The notes under the pieces are model-generated. The model saw only the letters and a list, made by a program, of their open reading frames with translations. It made no database searches and was not told where the DNA came from. 64,000 nucleotides of DNA, from positions 3,783 to 67,782 of the IMG/VR virus record IMGVR_UViG_3300045988_118025; one strand, given 5' to 3'. Positions within the stretch are counted from its first letter, which is position 1. Each line of letters starts with the position of its first letter. Positions 38,689-49,344 of the stretch are shown piece by piece. The translations under genes were made by a program, and so were the position numbers. The DNA comes from a virus.

Positions 38689-39255
38689 ATGGAAAAGATG
38701 GACAATAATACTAAAAACATCCTTTATCCAAAAGGATCTATTTTTCGTACATTGAAAGATGATAAAATAGATAAAAGTACTATAATGTACAAAGGATCTA
38801 TAGTAGTTGCAGTAACAAATATAAAAGAAAATGACAAGTTTGCTGAAGTTTGTTACAATGGAAACACAATTATTATAGAAACAGATATTATGGAACTTGT
38901 TCTTGTAGGAGATCCAGAAAAAAGTACTTCAATAAAATCAGTGAAAAATGACATCATTGACGACAAACTACGATGGGATTTGCTTCCGATGGAAGAGATT
39001 GAGGACATTGTAAAAGTCTATCATGCCGGAGCCAAGAAATATGGGCCTAATAATTGGCAGAATCTTGACAATGGCTTTGAACGGTATCGTGCGGCGGCTG
39101 CCAGGCATATAATGGCATACCTGAAAGGAGAGAGAACGGATAAAGAGACGAACGTGCACCATTTAGCTGCGGCTGCATGGAATGTGATAACTATGTTGTG
39201 GTATGATAAACACGGAAAAGGATTAATACCATTAAATAAGGAGGAAAAGAAATGA
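38689..39255 (+). CDS. phage dATP/dGTP pyrophosphohydrolase-like protein
   Basis: LRWDLLPMEEIEDIVKVYHAGAKKYGPNNWQN...YRAAAARHIMAYLKGERTDKETNVHHLAAAAWNVITMLWY matches the W.L.P...YGA.KY..W...RY.A..RH......GE.D.E....HLA..A.N pattern of the phage dNTP diphosphohydrolase N-terminal domain. Confidence 0.45.
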   Translation: MEKMDNNTKNILYPKGSIFRTLKDDKIDKSTIMYKGSIVVAVTNIKENDKFAEVCYNGNTIIIETDIMELVLVGDPEKSTSIKSVKNDIIDDKLRWDLLPMEEIEDIVKVYHAGAKKYGPNNWQNLDNGFERYRAAAARHIMAYLKGERTDKETNVHHLAAAAWNVITMLWYDKHGKGLIPLNKEEKK

Positions 39256-39560
39256 CAAAAAAACAAATGATTCAACTGTTAGACGACGAGCTTGATGCAA
39301 TGAACAAACATAGAAGTAATATTGAAAGAATTAAAAAGGAATATTTCGATTCTGTTTATGGGTTAAAGAATGGAGATAAAGTGAGTGTTCTTTACAAACG
39401 TTCGAAAGAGCCTCTTGTTGATTTCTTTAAGAACGTGCAAATCACAAATACTGGAACAGTTATATTTACAATCCAGAAAGCTAATAAAGAAGGAAGACCT
39501 GGAAGAGGATCTTATTTGGTGTATGAAGACGATTTGAGCGAAATCAAAAAAGTAGAATAA
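39252..39560 (+). CDS. hypothetical protein
   Basis: 102-aa ORF. Confidence 0.4.
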   Translation: MTKKQMIQLLDDELDAMNKHRSNIERIKKEYFDSVYGLKNGDKVSVLYKRSKEPLVDFFKNVQITNTGTVIFTIQKANKEGRPGRGSYLVYEDDLSEIKKVE

Positions 39561-39561
39561 C

Positions 39562-40092
39562 ATGATTAGAGCAAGATTTTACATTAGAAAGGATGACTGT
39601 GACAATGATTACCGTCCAGTCAAATGGCCTATAAAATATCCATATTGGTGTAGTGCAGAATCCAGTAATTCATTTGTATTGGTGGCGTATGCTGAAGATG
39701 AAGACAGCATAAAAGAACTGTGGCCGGAGGCGTATGATATTAATGTCTTAGAAAAAGATACCGAGATTAGATTTACATTAAGATTTCCTAAACCGGAATG
39801 GTATGAATTGTACGAAAGGGAATTAGAAGAATGTGATAGGTTTATATGGATTACAGATGCGTGCATGAGAGACGGTGTAATAAGAAAAGTAAAAGCTAAA
39901 ATAGAAGAGTATGGTGGTCTTTTGTTAGCCGACATTCCTGATAGGATCACTTCTTATGAAATAGGAAGGGATGCTTTTGAGAGCAAAGAAGAAGCTTTAA
40001 AACATGCAGAGGAACGGAGAACGCACCTGATCGAGTCAATTAAGAAACAATTGAATGAACTTGAAAATCTAAAATTCGAATGTGATGATTAA
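39562..40092 (+). CDS. hypothetical protein
   Basis: 176-aa ORF. Confidence 0.45.
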   Translation: MIRARFYIRKDDCDNDYRPVKWPIKYPYWCSAESSNSFVLVAYAEDEDSIKELWPEAYDINVLEKDTEIRFTLRFPKPEWYELYERELEECDRFIWITDACMRDGVIRKVKAKIEEYGGLLLADIPDRITSYEIGRDAFESKEEALKHAEERRTHLIESIKKQLNELENLKFECDD

Positions 40093-40798
40093 CTACGCAG
40101 CAAAAGCCAGGAAGGCTTATTTGATAAACAATTTCGATAAGATTCTTAACAGTCTTAACACGCTTCATTCAACGGTTGAGACTATGACGTTGTTCGTAAA
40201 CGACCAGGCTTATAATTACATTCTTAAGCTGAAAGAAGTGGTTAAAGACGGCCCTATGTACAGACATAATGTCAAACGATTCTTGAATGATATGGATAAG
40301 GAGATAAGGAAATACAATGCTTCTATCTACTACATAAATAAAGAGCGTAGTGAGGTTATAGCTGATATAACACAAGCGATGGAAGATTGCCTCATGCCAT
40401 ACATAGACGACCTGGCCGGCGCTATAAGGGCAGCCGTGTGGTCGAAGGGCGTGTCCGAGGAGCGGACGGAAGCGGCGGTACTGTCCCTAATCGTATCCTC
40501 CTTGGCCATGACATCAGGCAGACTTATCTCAGGTGGATATCAGATCATGAAAGAAATGGGTGGTGGCTGGGGTGGTAATCCATTTACGTTTATGAGCATT
40601 GATAAGATAAGACACTTATCTACATTATTATCTGATGCTATTACCGGTGGAGAAATAGCTCTTGAAGAAAAAGAAGCCAATGACATAACTAAGGCAATGG
40701 ATGTTTTTATTGAGAAAATGTCTGATTCGGATATTGTTGACAAGGTAATCAGCATACTCGAAGAAGCAGAATCTAAAAATAAGGAGGAACGATCATGA
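40082..40798 (+). CDS. hypothetical protein
   Basis: 238-aa ORF. Confidence 0.45.
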   Translation: MMINYAAKARKAYLINNFDKILNSLNTLHSTVETMTLFVNDQAYNYILKLKEVVKDGPMYRHNVKRFLNDMDKEIRKYNASIYYINKERSEVIADITQAMEDCLMPYIDDLAGAIRAAVWSKGVSEERTEAAVLSLIVSSLAMTSGRLISGGYQIMKEMGGGWGGNPFTFMSIDKIRHLSTLLSDAITGGEIALEEKEANDITKAMDVFIEKMSDSDIVDKVISILEEAESKNKEERS

Positions 40799-40986
40799 AT
40801 TATTTGGATGGGTATGTAGAAGAAGTTCTTTCTGAGCCGTACTATGATGATTATGGCTCTGGGATTTTTAAGTGGTGGGTGGAAGTGTCTTACGTTTGTG
40901 AAGGTACAGAATCAACTACTATCTTAATGTTTGATACAAGAGAAGAAGCAGAGGCAGTAAAACCAGGTTATAAATTTTTATGTTAA
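40795..40986 (+). CDS. hypothetical protein
   Basis: 63-aa ORF. Confidence 0.35.
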   Translation: MNYLDGYVEEVLSEPYYDDYGSGIFKWWVEVSYVCEGTESTTILMFDTREEAEAVKPGYKFLC

Positions 40987-40993
40987 AAATAAT

Positions 40994-41230
40994 ATGAGGT
41001 ATTTTGTTTTATTGATAGCACTTGTGTTATCATCATGTTCGCATGATGATAATCAGATTAATGACGGATGGGTTATATATGATCTACGTCCTTTAGATGG
41101 TGAATGTGTGATATATTATGGTGAAGACGGAGGATTTTCAATATTTAACAGTAATAGATTTATAAAATTCGTTGGATACCAAGGGGAATACAATATCGGA
41201 GATTCTATTAAGATCGTGAAAGTAAAATAA
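40994..41230 (+). CDS. small lipoprotein
   Basis: MRYFVLLIALVLSSC: signal peptide with an LSSC lipobox. Confidence 0.45.
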   Translation: MRYFVLLIALVLSSCSHDDNQINDGWVIYDLRPLDGECVIYYGEDGGFSIFNSNRFIKFVGYQGEYNIGDSIKIVKVK

Positions 41231-41231
41231 T

Positions 41232-41720
41232 ATGGAAAATAATTTAAAACTCGTATGTCCAAAATGTGGCACCCCTCACCAGCCTCATTCTCCGCACACG
41301 ATGGATGCAGATGGATTTGAAAGGTGTGAGATAAGAACTGTTATGGAAGACAGGGGATGGTGCTACGAATGTTCTTTTTGGCAAAACTTGTACGACAAGC
41401 ACAAAGACGATCCTGGATGGGTTAGGATAGACGGTGTAAGCTGGGTGCTTAAGCCTATGGTGGAAAACGTACCGAGCGGATGGAACAGCCTTGGATGTGG
41501 TGGAAGAAAAATGTATATCAATATCGAAGGGAAAGGCATTGTTACATCAAATAACTGCTGGTGTCAAGGTGATGTTTCGGACGCATTCAAGGATCTTATG
41601 CCTGATAATGCTACTTGGGCTACGAAGGAGGAATTTGACAAAGCTCCTGTAGTAGGATATATTGTAGAAGGTATTGGTTTAGTTTTCACAGATAGGGAAG
41701 GTCATGAAGTTAATGCTTAG
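41232..41720 (+). CDS. Cys/His-rich hypothetical protein
   Basis: CPKCGTPHQPHSPH...CYEC...C...C. Confidence 0.45.
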   Translation: MENNLKLVCPKCGTPHQPHSPHTMDADGFERCEIRTVMEDRGWCYECSFWQNLYDKHKDDPGWVRIDGVSWVLKPMVENVPSGWNSLGCGGRKMYINIEGKGIVTSNNCWCQGDVSDAFKDLMPDNATWATKEEFDKAPVVGYIVEGIGLVFTDREGHEVNA

Positions 41721-41757
41721 AGACTTAGGTAATTATATACCTTTTTCATAACAAAAG

Positions 41758-41794
41758 AAACCGGTTCTCTATCATCTCTGACTGAGAACCGGTA
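41758..41794. terminator. bidirectional rho-independent terminator between convergent + and - strand gene blocks
   Basis: AACCGGTTCTC-(14 nt loop)-GAGAACCGGT perfect 10/11-bp stem, with A-rich and T-rich tracts on either side. Confidence 0.6.
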
Positions 41795-41929
41795 AGAAAA
41801 CAATTTCAGAAAAAATTAAACCTACATAATCTTTCAAGTAAGAACAAAAAACGTACAATCTACTCTTTGACGATGCTAATATAGCATATTGAAATCATAC
41901 AAAAACAATACAAGTCTGATATTCTTCGT

Positions 41930-44900
41930 CTATTTGTAACTAACATCATCGTCTCCTTCCGAATCAGGAGTGGCGCCGATGAAGAACATCATTGACTTGT
42001 TGTTCGTCTGCTGCCACCAATTATAGGCGCGCGCTACGTCTTCCGGCGTCTTAATGTTATACCATTGTTTGATAAACGTCTGTTTGGCGAGTTGCCTAAA
42101 TAACTTAGACTCTCCCTTGTATGTACCAGATGTTACTTTGTCAAGTGAATAATTCCTAAGATCGGTAAGATCCTTCAGCTTCCGTCCCATGACGAACGGG
42201 TCGTTAATGATATCTACCACGTTAAGCTCCATAATAAACGGCATCTGTGAAGCTATTTCGTTTATGGTTCTGAATCCGACATAGGATCCGAATTGAGTAA
42301 GCCGACTTTCTTCGTTTTCATCATCATCACGCCATCCGGCAAGAAGCATAGATACGGCCTGCATGATAAGGAACGTGCCGGCATAGACACTGAGACGTTT
42401 GAGATTAGTTTTCTCTACCTCATTCATATTGTCTTTATTTTCGTTCCAGGCATCTATGATGTTTTTCATACCAGACTCGGAAGCCAGGCTAAATGTTTTG
42501 GCTATCATATTCTTTAACGTAATTGACAGTCCTTCCTCTTCTTGCATTGTCTGGAAATTGAAGCCACGTCTTTTCCACAGACGTTGAGCCGCCAGCACCA
42601 ACCATCCTCGGTGGGCGGTCATGAACCTGGCTATCCAGTTGCGCGATGCGGCAGTTCGGTTTTCTTCATTCAAAGATCCGTTACATATCTGCGACAAGCT
42701 ACGGACTTGATTTCTGGTTATAGCCATCTGGGTTTCAACTTCCTCAACAGTAACACCTGATCCGGGCTTTACAACCACCTTCCCATCCACGACGTCTACC
42801 ATACTCCATAAAGTACGATCTTTTAATGCATTCCATTCTCTTTTTATGGTACTCTGTTCTTTATTGCGTTCTTTTTCCATCTTGAAATCTTGGAACGTAT
42901 AGAACCGGCCTTTGTAATAACGAACATTGTCCATAGTAGCAATCATAACCTGCGGATTAAGAGGGTAGTTCAGGATTTCCATAAAAGCATACATAGGTGA
43001 ACGCATTAAGGTCCTGGCTACTCTATTGTATCCGGCACCATACATACGATTTCGGATATTGAATATTCCCATTCTCTCACCTATGACATATAATTTGCTT
43101 TTTCTATCTATATCTCCGGTTTCTGCTATACAAGATGGCGCAAGACGAGAAAACTCAGCCGATGCGTATTTAAGGGAGTCTTTGCTTATATACTGTCCTA
43201 CGGCAGATTCCATGATGAGGTTGATATGACCTGTTAAGGCGCCGGTAGCTGCCACAAACGGGGACAGCGCCAGGTTCATAACCGACATAAATCTTTCAAC
43301 GGCCATCATTATCCTGGTAAGGTCTACCGTATATCCTCCGATGTTCACCGTAAGTTTTTTGGTGTTCATCCTAATGCCATAATAATGGTCATTGAAGAAG
43401 TCCCTGAACATCTGATATGCTTGGGTTGCTTCAGCCTTCTTACCGCCTTCAAATTGCTTATTCAGTAACATCTGCTCCAGTCCTTGGGCAAGCTCTATAG
43501 ATTTCTGCTTTTCGTTGTATAATGATGATTGCATCATAAGCATCGAATAAGAGTAACCAAAATCATGAGATACGTCATCTTGGTTCTCTAATTCATATAT
43601 GTAGTATTTAGGTATGGACCGAACCCTATCTTCCGGATCATATACCTCACCCTGGCGTGTTTTACCATACAGGGAGTCATCTACGCGGTCAAGACATAAG
43701 TCGGATACGAAGTTCCTGACCGTACTTTTAAGGCTGATACCTAACCCTTCTATACGTTCTATATCTTGTTTGGATATCTGTGGAATAGCATACAGGTTCG
43801 GGCTCTGCTCTTTGTATAGATCAAGGGATTGTCTTTTTATTTCCTTGAGTTTTTGAATCATATTCCACTGCTCTACGTTTTTAGTAGCGACCTCATTACC
43901 ATCAGCATCATATTTGATACCAAAGTCATTGAAATACGATTCATCACGATACAGGCTTTTCTTGGGCATACGATGACCATACCCATGATCTTTTACATAA
44001 TCAGGATTACGACCGCTATTTTCGGCTTCAGATTCAGCCACCCACGCTCTTGCAGGGTCGAAAGACAGGTACGATATATTCATACCATAATCTTGTGTAG
44101 ATGTCCCGTTCTGTACGTCTTTAACCATCTGTGCCACGTCTATCTCACCTCGACCTATTTTACTAATCATAGCCGCATATCCGGTAGGTGCCATGCGTTT
44201 ATAGTACGAAAAGACCTGGCTCCTGGCAAATTCATTAACGATCGCATTAGCTTCTTCTATACCTGATTCTCTTGTGTTATTTAAAAATAAGCTGGCCATC
44301 TTAGCATTGACAGCATTCCTAAAATCTCTACCATCTAATTCTTTGCTTATTCCAAGCTTTTCTGACAGGTAGTTGATTTCAGATACGGTAAACAGATATC
44401 GGTTATCAGCAGCCTTAAACAGCTTATCCCTTAAAGCCTGAATCCTTTTTGCTTTCTTTGCCGTAGTATGACGTTGCACAAACTTCCATTCCACTTCCTT
44501 GGAGTCAGCAAGAGCATTTAAATAAGACTGATTTACTTCGTTTTCAGCCTTACTGCTTTTAGTAAGGTACTTATCAATATCTTCAAGACCCACCATCTTA
44601 GCATAATCTATTAAGATAGCGTAATCGGTTTCAATAGCTTCGGATGCAGCCCTAAAAGCATCTCTTTCAGATGAGGTAAATGTTGCTTCATTGATTTCTC
44701 CGATATCAGCCACGTCACGGTTGTTGCCGATTATTTCCTTGATAATAGCCTTATTTTTTTCTATATCTTTTACAATCGAATCCACGTCAGTTGCATCTCT
44801 ATCACTTGTCGTAGAACTAATGATGTCTTGTGCCATTTTAAGATACGAAGCCTTGTTATTTGATTCGGTACGCGCCGATTGTTCTGATTCTACGTCATTC

Positions 44901-47900
44901 CAAAACCGATCGTTGAATGACAGGTGCCCTCCCAACATAAGTGTCTTCAGCGCAGCTTCCCCTCCAGATTCACGCTGAATAGTTCTCAATTTTTGCAGAA
45001 ATGATTCTGATACGGCATTAGTGACATTATTTGATTCTTTTCTCCAAACTTCATTTATGGCTTGTATTTCTTTAGCCATCTTGAGTTGATCACCGGTTTT
45101 ATCTACTCTCCTGGTTCCTACGTATATGTATTCTGAAGCTGCTTCCTTACGTTGTTTACGAAGCAGTCCTTCTTCTTCGTAGTTACTACTCTTATAGTAA
45201 GCAACCTCATCAAAATTACCACCGCTATCAATAAAAGGCTGCCTCAATATCCGCTTCTGCCGAGAAAGAGCATTAAGGTATTCTTTGGTTGTTTGAGAAA
45301 CCGGATGCCCTAATTCTTCTTCGGCCTTTTTGTATATGGATTCCATTCTTGTGGCATAACTTTCACTAAATTCCAGTTCTGAATTTTCAGCATCCCACTT
45401 CTCCATCTGTTCTGTATAAATCTTTTCCTGCTCGATGGTAAAAATATCGGTATTAACCCTATCGGACGACGGTTTAAATTTAGCGTTCTCAGTAACCGTA
45501 TTTCCGTCCTTGTCAACTACTTCTCTTTTAAATACGTAATTACGGTTATTGTCAACCACATCATTGATTTCTTCTTCTGATATCTCTATGTTCATGGCGG
45601 TCGCAAACGCTCGCATCTGCGCCAGCTTCTTATTACGATCGTATTTAGCCATATCAAGGGCACTACGAAGGTAATTAGAAGTTTTGCCGTCTACTTTCTG
45701 AAGCAGTTTTTCAAATTCAGATTTGTTAAAACCATGCTTTTTCGCATATGCCAGGAAATCGGATATGGCGGGCTGGGCATTCACCATCGCATTGTAATTG
45801 TCTTTGGCAATCATAGCTCCAAGAGCGTTATTGAACGGGCTGGAAGAATGCTCTAATATACCGAACCACCTACTTATCCAAGAAACATCGTGTTGAACCT
45901 TATCAAAGAACTCTTTTACTCTCTTTACCTTATCTGCCGGCACATGAAGTTCGTTCATTAACTTATCAAGCAACGTACTTTCATCAAGGTCTTGTACTGA
46001 TTTAATATCAGACTGAATACCATTGATGTCGGCAATGACGGTATTGATCCTATTTGTATAATCCTGCTTTTCACGCTCATCAAATTCGGTACTTCTGTTA
46101 CGGATATATCCTCGAAGATCGTTCATGATTGGAAGAACCTGGTTGTTGATAATATCTACGTTCTTTCGATCATTGGTATTGAAGTGAAGCTTGCCGTCTT
46201 TGGTATCACCATGAAGGATGGTGTTCACCACATTGCTTAAGTATCTAACCTGAGCTTCGGCTGTAGAGATCATGCTGTTCATGGCAGCCGCCATCTCATT
46301 CTTGTCTATTTCGGTCTCTACCTTATTTATCTTATCTTCTATAGTCTTAAGCTGAGCAAGGGTCATAGACGTAGTTACAGCCCTGTCAGAGCTTATCTGA
46401 CGTAAGTCTCTTAACGTTTTTCTCAATGCCCGGATCTTAGACTCAAGAAACTTGTTCTTGTTCATAGAAGAAAGGGAGTATAATGTAAAGTCATTATCCT
46501 TCAAAAGAGAAGTATCAAATCCTTTATCTATGTCGGTAATAGCAAGATCACGAATATTTTTAATAACGTTATTCAAATCCTGTCTTTGGGTTGATAAAGC
46601 TGATTTAAGCCAGTTTACAATTCCAGAGAGAAGCTGCCGGACGCGCCCCAGGAAGGAGGTGGGCTCTACCGGCGCCTGTGCTGTGCCGGTCTGCATCTCC
46701 CTGGCGAGGATCTTTCCAAGAATTTCTCTCCTAACAGCATTATCAAGCTCAGAGCCTTCATATACCTTACCGTATGTATTATAATACTGACCTGCATACT
46801 GATTCCATTCTTCAGTGCCTTCTACATCTTGCAAAACAGATTCAACAGCATTCTGATCTCTGTACGCCTCTACGAGAAAGTGTGCTGTTTCTTCTACTAA
46901 GTCAGACAAAGTAGCATCTTCACCGACTGCTATTACGTTATTGGCAATATCCGCCAATGCTTTAGCAGAAGGTTCGTGTCCGTATTTAGTTTGGTACTTC
47001 TCTATATAATCGGTCATGCCAACGACACTAACGCCCAGCGTTTTCAGTATCTCAACAATAGAATTTCGTTGATTACGTTCCTCTTGGCTATAATCCGATA
47101 CTATCTTAGCTTTAGTATCAGCATAAAGATCATTGTCTTCTAATATAAATGAAACTACAAGCGCATCAAAGTGATCGTATTTAGCATCCAATTCATTGTA
47201 TCTTCCAGACTTAAGATCGCTCTTTATCTGCTCCTTGCTAACTCTTTCTGTTCCTCCGGTGGCGAGTCTCATAGTTACCTTACTATTATCCAATGAATTT
47301 ATGGTTATCATACCCTGGTCGTTCATGGAAACATCAGAACCAAAATGATTACGGAGCTCAGTGTAGGATAATGCTGAATTGAAAAGTCTAATTTGTCCTG
47401 TATGTCCTTCTCCTGTAATATAATAGCTTCTTGTTTCCGGATCGAATATCTTGGATCCGGACAAAAGACCTTTCTTTATAAGGTAGTTTATTATCCCACC
47501 TTTTGTTGATAAAGAAGTGGAAGCAGAAGCGGTCATGACCGGTATAAAAGACTTGGGATTATTAAGAACATACTTTCCAGCCTTGTAAGTAATGTCTGCC
47601 ACTCCATCCACGGTAGATTCTTGAACGATGCCTGATAAGAATCCTATTCTAATATCATTCCCTCCAGAGCGAAGAGCTTCTCCGTAATCTTCAAATAATT
47701 GATTACGATCGTTCATGAAAAACAAACGAGGCTCTCCAGTCTGATACGTTACACCCACAGGATTAGAATCTGCCTCTGGTAGCTCTTCTGGGCTAAATAT
47801 CTTAAGACCGTCTTTTATGACCATATAATCAACACCCTTATCCTGTACCATAGATACGGGAGTGAAGTCTGAAGATATAGCATCTTGCAGATACTGGCCG

Positions 47901-48352
47901 GCGTCTATTCCCGGTCCTTCCGGTACGGAAATATCTGACGGAACCATAGCATCCACCAACATAATATTATCACCCAGATCCTGGCTATAGAATCCAAAGC
48001 CTGATTCTTGAATCCCATAAGGTGCATCTGATTTCGACACAAGAATAGGGTTGCTCATCTTAGAAGCCTTATCCAGCACCCTTTCTCTATAGGCTTCCGG
48101 AATAAGGTCGATATTGGATTTTACCTTATTATAAGCCTGTTTGTTAATAGGTACCCTCTTTCTCCAGTCTCCAAAAGCCTTTAAGAACTTATTAGAAAAT
48201 ACGGTTTTAAAAACAGTAGTAGCCCGTTCCCTGTTCTCCATAAGAGGAATAGATGCTATTTTATCAAATAACATAGACCTGTCCCCTGATCTGGTAGAGA
48301 CAGAAACAACTTTCTTTTTATTATCTCTTTTAATAATACACGTTGATACCAT
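41930..48352 (-). CDS. giant hypothetical protein (2140 aa), probable virion-associated/internal protein
   Basis: Uninterrupted 6.4-kb ORF, TAG stop; no catalytic motif recognised; preceded by its own terminator and -7 box. Confidence 0.7.
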   Translation of the reverse strand: MVSTCIIKRDNKKKVVSVSTRSGDRSMLFDKIASIPLMENRERATTVFKTVFSNKFLKAFGDWRKRVPINKQAYNKVKSNIDLIPEAYRERVLDKASKMSNPILVSKSDAPYGIQESGFGFYSQDLGDNIMLVDAMVPSDISVPEGPGIDAGQYLQDAISSDFTPVSMVQDKGVDYMVIKDGLKIFSPEELPEADSNPVGVTYQTGEPRLFFMNDRNQLFEDYGEALRSGGNDIRIGFLSGIVQESTVDGVADITYKAGKYVLNNPKSFIPVMTASASTSLSTKGGIINYLIKKGLLSGSKIFDPETRSYYITGEGHTGQIRLFNSALSYTELRNHFGSDVSMNDQGMITINSLDNSKVTMRLATGGTERVSKEQIKSDLKSGRYNELDAKYDHFDALVVSFILEDNDLYADTKAKIVSDYSQEERNQRNSIVEILKTLGVSVVGMTDYIEKYQTKYGHEPSAKALADIANNVIAVGEDATLSDLVEETAHFLVEAYRDQNAVESVLQDVEGTEEWNQYAGQYYNTYGKVYEGSELDNAVRREILGKILAREMQTGTAQAPVEPTSFLGRVRQLLSGIVNWLKSALSTQRQDLNNVIKNIRDLAITDIDKGFDTSLLKDNDFTLYSLSSMNKNKFLESKIRALRKTLRDLRQISSDRAVTTSMTLAQLKTIEDKINKVETEIDKNEMAAAMNSMISTAEAQVRYLSNVVNTILHGDTKDGKLHFNTNDRKNVDIINNQVLPIMNDLRGYIRNRSTEFDEREKQDYTNRINTVIADINGIQSDIKSVQDLDESTLLDKLMNELHVPADKVKRVKEFFDKVQHDVSWISRWFGILEHSSSPFNNALGAMIAKDNYNAMVNAQPAISDFLAYAKKHGFNKSEFEKLLQKVDGKTSNYLRSALDMAKYDRNKKLAQMRAFATAMNIEISEEEINDVVDNNRNYVFKREVVDKDGNTVTENAKFKPSSDRVNTDIFTIEQEKIYTEQMEKWDAENSELEFSESYATRMESIYKKAEEELGHPVSQTTKEYLNALSRQKRILRQPFIDSGGNFDEVAYYKSSNYEEEGLLRKQRKEAASEYIYVGTRRVDKTGDQLKMAKEIQAINEVWRKESNNVTNAVSESFLQKLRTIQRESGGEAALKTLMLGGHLSFNDRFWNDVESEQSARTESNNKASYLKMAQDIISSTTSDRDATDVDSIVKDIEKNKAIIKEIIGNNRDVADIGEINEATFTSSERDAFRAASEAIETDYAILIDYAKMVGLEDIDKYLTKSSKAENEVNQSYLNALADSKEVEWKFVQRHTTAKKAKRIQALRDKLFKAADNRYLFTVSEINYLSEKLGISKELDGRDFRNAVNAKMASLFLNNTRESGIEEANAIVNEFARSQVFSYYKRMAPTGYAAMISKIGRGEIDVAQMVKDVQNGTSTQDYGMNISYLSFDPARAWVAESEAENSGRNPDYVKDHGYGHRMPKKSLYRDESYFNDFGIKYDADGNEVATKNVEQWNMIQKLKEIKRQSLDLYKEQSPNLYAIPQISKQDIERIEGLGISLKSTVRNFVSDLCLDRVDDSLYGKTRQGEVYDPEDRVRSIPKYYIYELENQDDVSHDFGYSYSMLMMQSSLYNEKQKSIELAQGLEQMLLNKQFEGGKKAEATQAYQMFRDFFNDHYYGIRMNTKKLTVNIGGYTVDLTRIMMAVERFMSVMNLALSPFVAATGALTGHINLIMESAVGQYISKDSLKYASAEFSRLAPSCIAETGDIDRKSKLYVIGERMGIFNIRNRMYGAGYNRVARTLMRSPMYAFMEILNYPLNPQVMIATMDNVRYYKGRFYTFQDFKMEKERNKEQSTIKREWNALKDRTLWSMVDVVDGKVVVKPGSGVTVEEVETQMAITRNQVRSLSQICNGSLNEENRTAASRNWIARFMTAHRGWLVLAAQRLWKRRGFNFQTMQEEEGLSITLKNMIAKTFSLASESGMKNIIDAWNENKDNMNEVEKTNLKRLSVYAGTFLIMQAVSMLLAGWRDDDENEESRLTQFGSYVGFRTINEIASQMPFIMELNVVDIINDPFVMGRKLKDLTDLRNYSLDKVTSGTYKGESKLFRQLAKQTFIKQWYNIKTPEDVARAYNWWQQTNNKSMMFFIGATPDSEGDDDVSYK

Positions 48353-48374
48353 GATAAAACATTTTTGTTATGAG

Positions 48375-48382
48375 ACAAAGGT
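48375..48382 (-). promoter_or_regulatory. Bacteroides-type -7 box TAccTTTG upstream of the 2140-aa gene
   Basis: Reverse complement of caaaggta at 48375-48382, about 22 nt upstream of the ATG at 48352, directly downstream of the terminator hairpin. Confidence 0.4.
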
Positions 48383-48400
48383 AGCTAAAAATCAAGCATA

Positions 48401-48442
48401 TCATAAAAAATTAAGCCATCTAACTTCTCAGTCTGATGGCTT
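48401..48442 (-). terminator. rho-independent terminator (- strand)
   Basis: 9-bp stem TAAGCCATC/GATGGCTTA followed on the - strand by TTTTTTATG. Confidence 0.5.
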
Positions 48443-48493
48443 AAAAATAATATGAAAAAAAATTATAATCTGACGCAAATCGTCAAGTTACGC

Positions 48494-48817
48494 TTATGCA
48501 TTGTATTTATACCCATTTCTATGAATAAACCTTCCTGATTCGAACCTTTCCACATCATCCGGTCCAATAGGTCCGCAGTCTTCCCTCCTTGCCTCATACC
48601 ACAGCCCCGGCTTACGAAGTCGGCAAGTTATGATATAATTGAAGCAATTGTGCGTAAAATGGAAAACAGATCCTACAGGGAAATACCTATCAGCTTGAAA
48701 TACGATTCTTTTTCGTTTAGTATCAAACGTGATATCTCCTACTATCTTAGCCACGTAATAGCTTCTGCCATTTAACGTTTCATCTGTTTGTGGTATCCAA
48801 TAATAACCTCTTGCCAT
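48494..48817 (-). CDS. hypothetical protein
   Basis: Track ORF 48494..48886 trimmed to ATG 48815-48817 (MARGYYW...), because the annotated N-terminus would encode a terminator hairpin plus promoter. Confidence 0.4.
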   Translation of the reverse strand: MARGYYWIPQTDETLNGRSYYVAKIVGDITFDTKRKRIVFQADRYFPVGSVFHFTHNCFNYIITCRLRKPGLWYEARREDCGPIGPDDVERFESGRFIHRNGYKYNA

Positions 48818-48821
48818 GCCA

Positions 48822-48829
48822 CAAATATA
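48822..48829 (-). promoter_or_regulatory. Bacteroides-type -7 box TAtaTTTG
   Basis: - strand TATATTTG located between the terminator hairpin and the ATG at 48817. Confidence 0.35.
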
Positions 48830-48830
48830 T

Positions 48831-48860
48831 AAAAAAAGTCGGACAAGACACATGTCCGAC
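48831..48860 (-). terminator. rho-independent terminator (- strand)
   Basis: Perfect 8-bp stem GTCGGACA/TGTCCGAC (48838-48860) followed on the - strand by TTTTTTT (forward A7 at 48831-48837). Confidence 0.55.
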
Positions 48861-48866
48861 TTTATA

Positions 48867-49037
48867 TTACTTTGATTCATTTTCAAACCGCTTTATAAGA
48901 GAAGCAATATCATCACCACAAACAAACATCATTCGACGTTCTTCTTTTGGTTTATGAGACACTGGGATGGTTTTGTTTATCTTAATCTGATTCGCCAGAC
49001 CTCTGCCTAAACGAATATCAACTTTTTTACCTTTCAT
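48867..49037 (-). CDS. small basic hypothetical protein (56 aa, below cutoff)
   Basis: MKGKKVDIRLGRGLANQIKINKTIPVSHKPKEERRMMFVCGDDIASLIKRFENESK; its start overlaps the upstream gene end; its stop lies just before the terminator. Confidence 0.3.
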   Translation of the reverse strand: MKGKKVDIRLGRGLANQIKINKTIPVSHKPKEERRMMFVCGDDIASLIKRFENESK

Positions 49038-49344
49038 GAATTATTTGTTTAAAAAGACCAATTCCATCTATTATAATATGACCGCTTTGCATACGACCAT
49101 TATTAGGATTGTGTAGAAAATTGAAACCACTTTCTTTTTCCTGTCTTTCAAAAGAACTGATATCCTTTCCTCTACGGGCTCTTTCAAAAGCTTTCTTGAA
49201 CAACTTGCCTCTAAAGGTCTTGACGAGGATCTTGGTAGCGTTATTGCCGGCTTTTACCATTGCTTTCCTTGCCTGGTCCTCCGAGACAAAACTGCTTCGG
49301 AAAATATACGATGCTGCTGTTTGTATGTCCTGCTTGGTAATCAT
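49027..49344 (-). CDS. hypothetical protein
   Basis: 105-aa ORF. Confidence 0.45.
   Translation of the reverse strand: MITKQDIQTAASYIFRSSFVSEDQARKAMVKAGNNATKILVKTFRGKLFKKAFERARRGKDISSFERQEKESGFNFLHNPNNGRMQSGHIIIDGIGLFKQIIHER

Noticed and set aside
42293-47000. Multiple 60-145-aa ORFs on the + strand inside the 2140-aa - strand gene, and similar antisense ORFs inside the other giant genes (for example 60101..60496 and 61672..62031)
   Set aside because: They lie entirely antisense to, and nested within, long uninterrupted ORFs and have low-complexity composition. They are almost certainly spurious.
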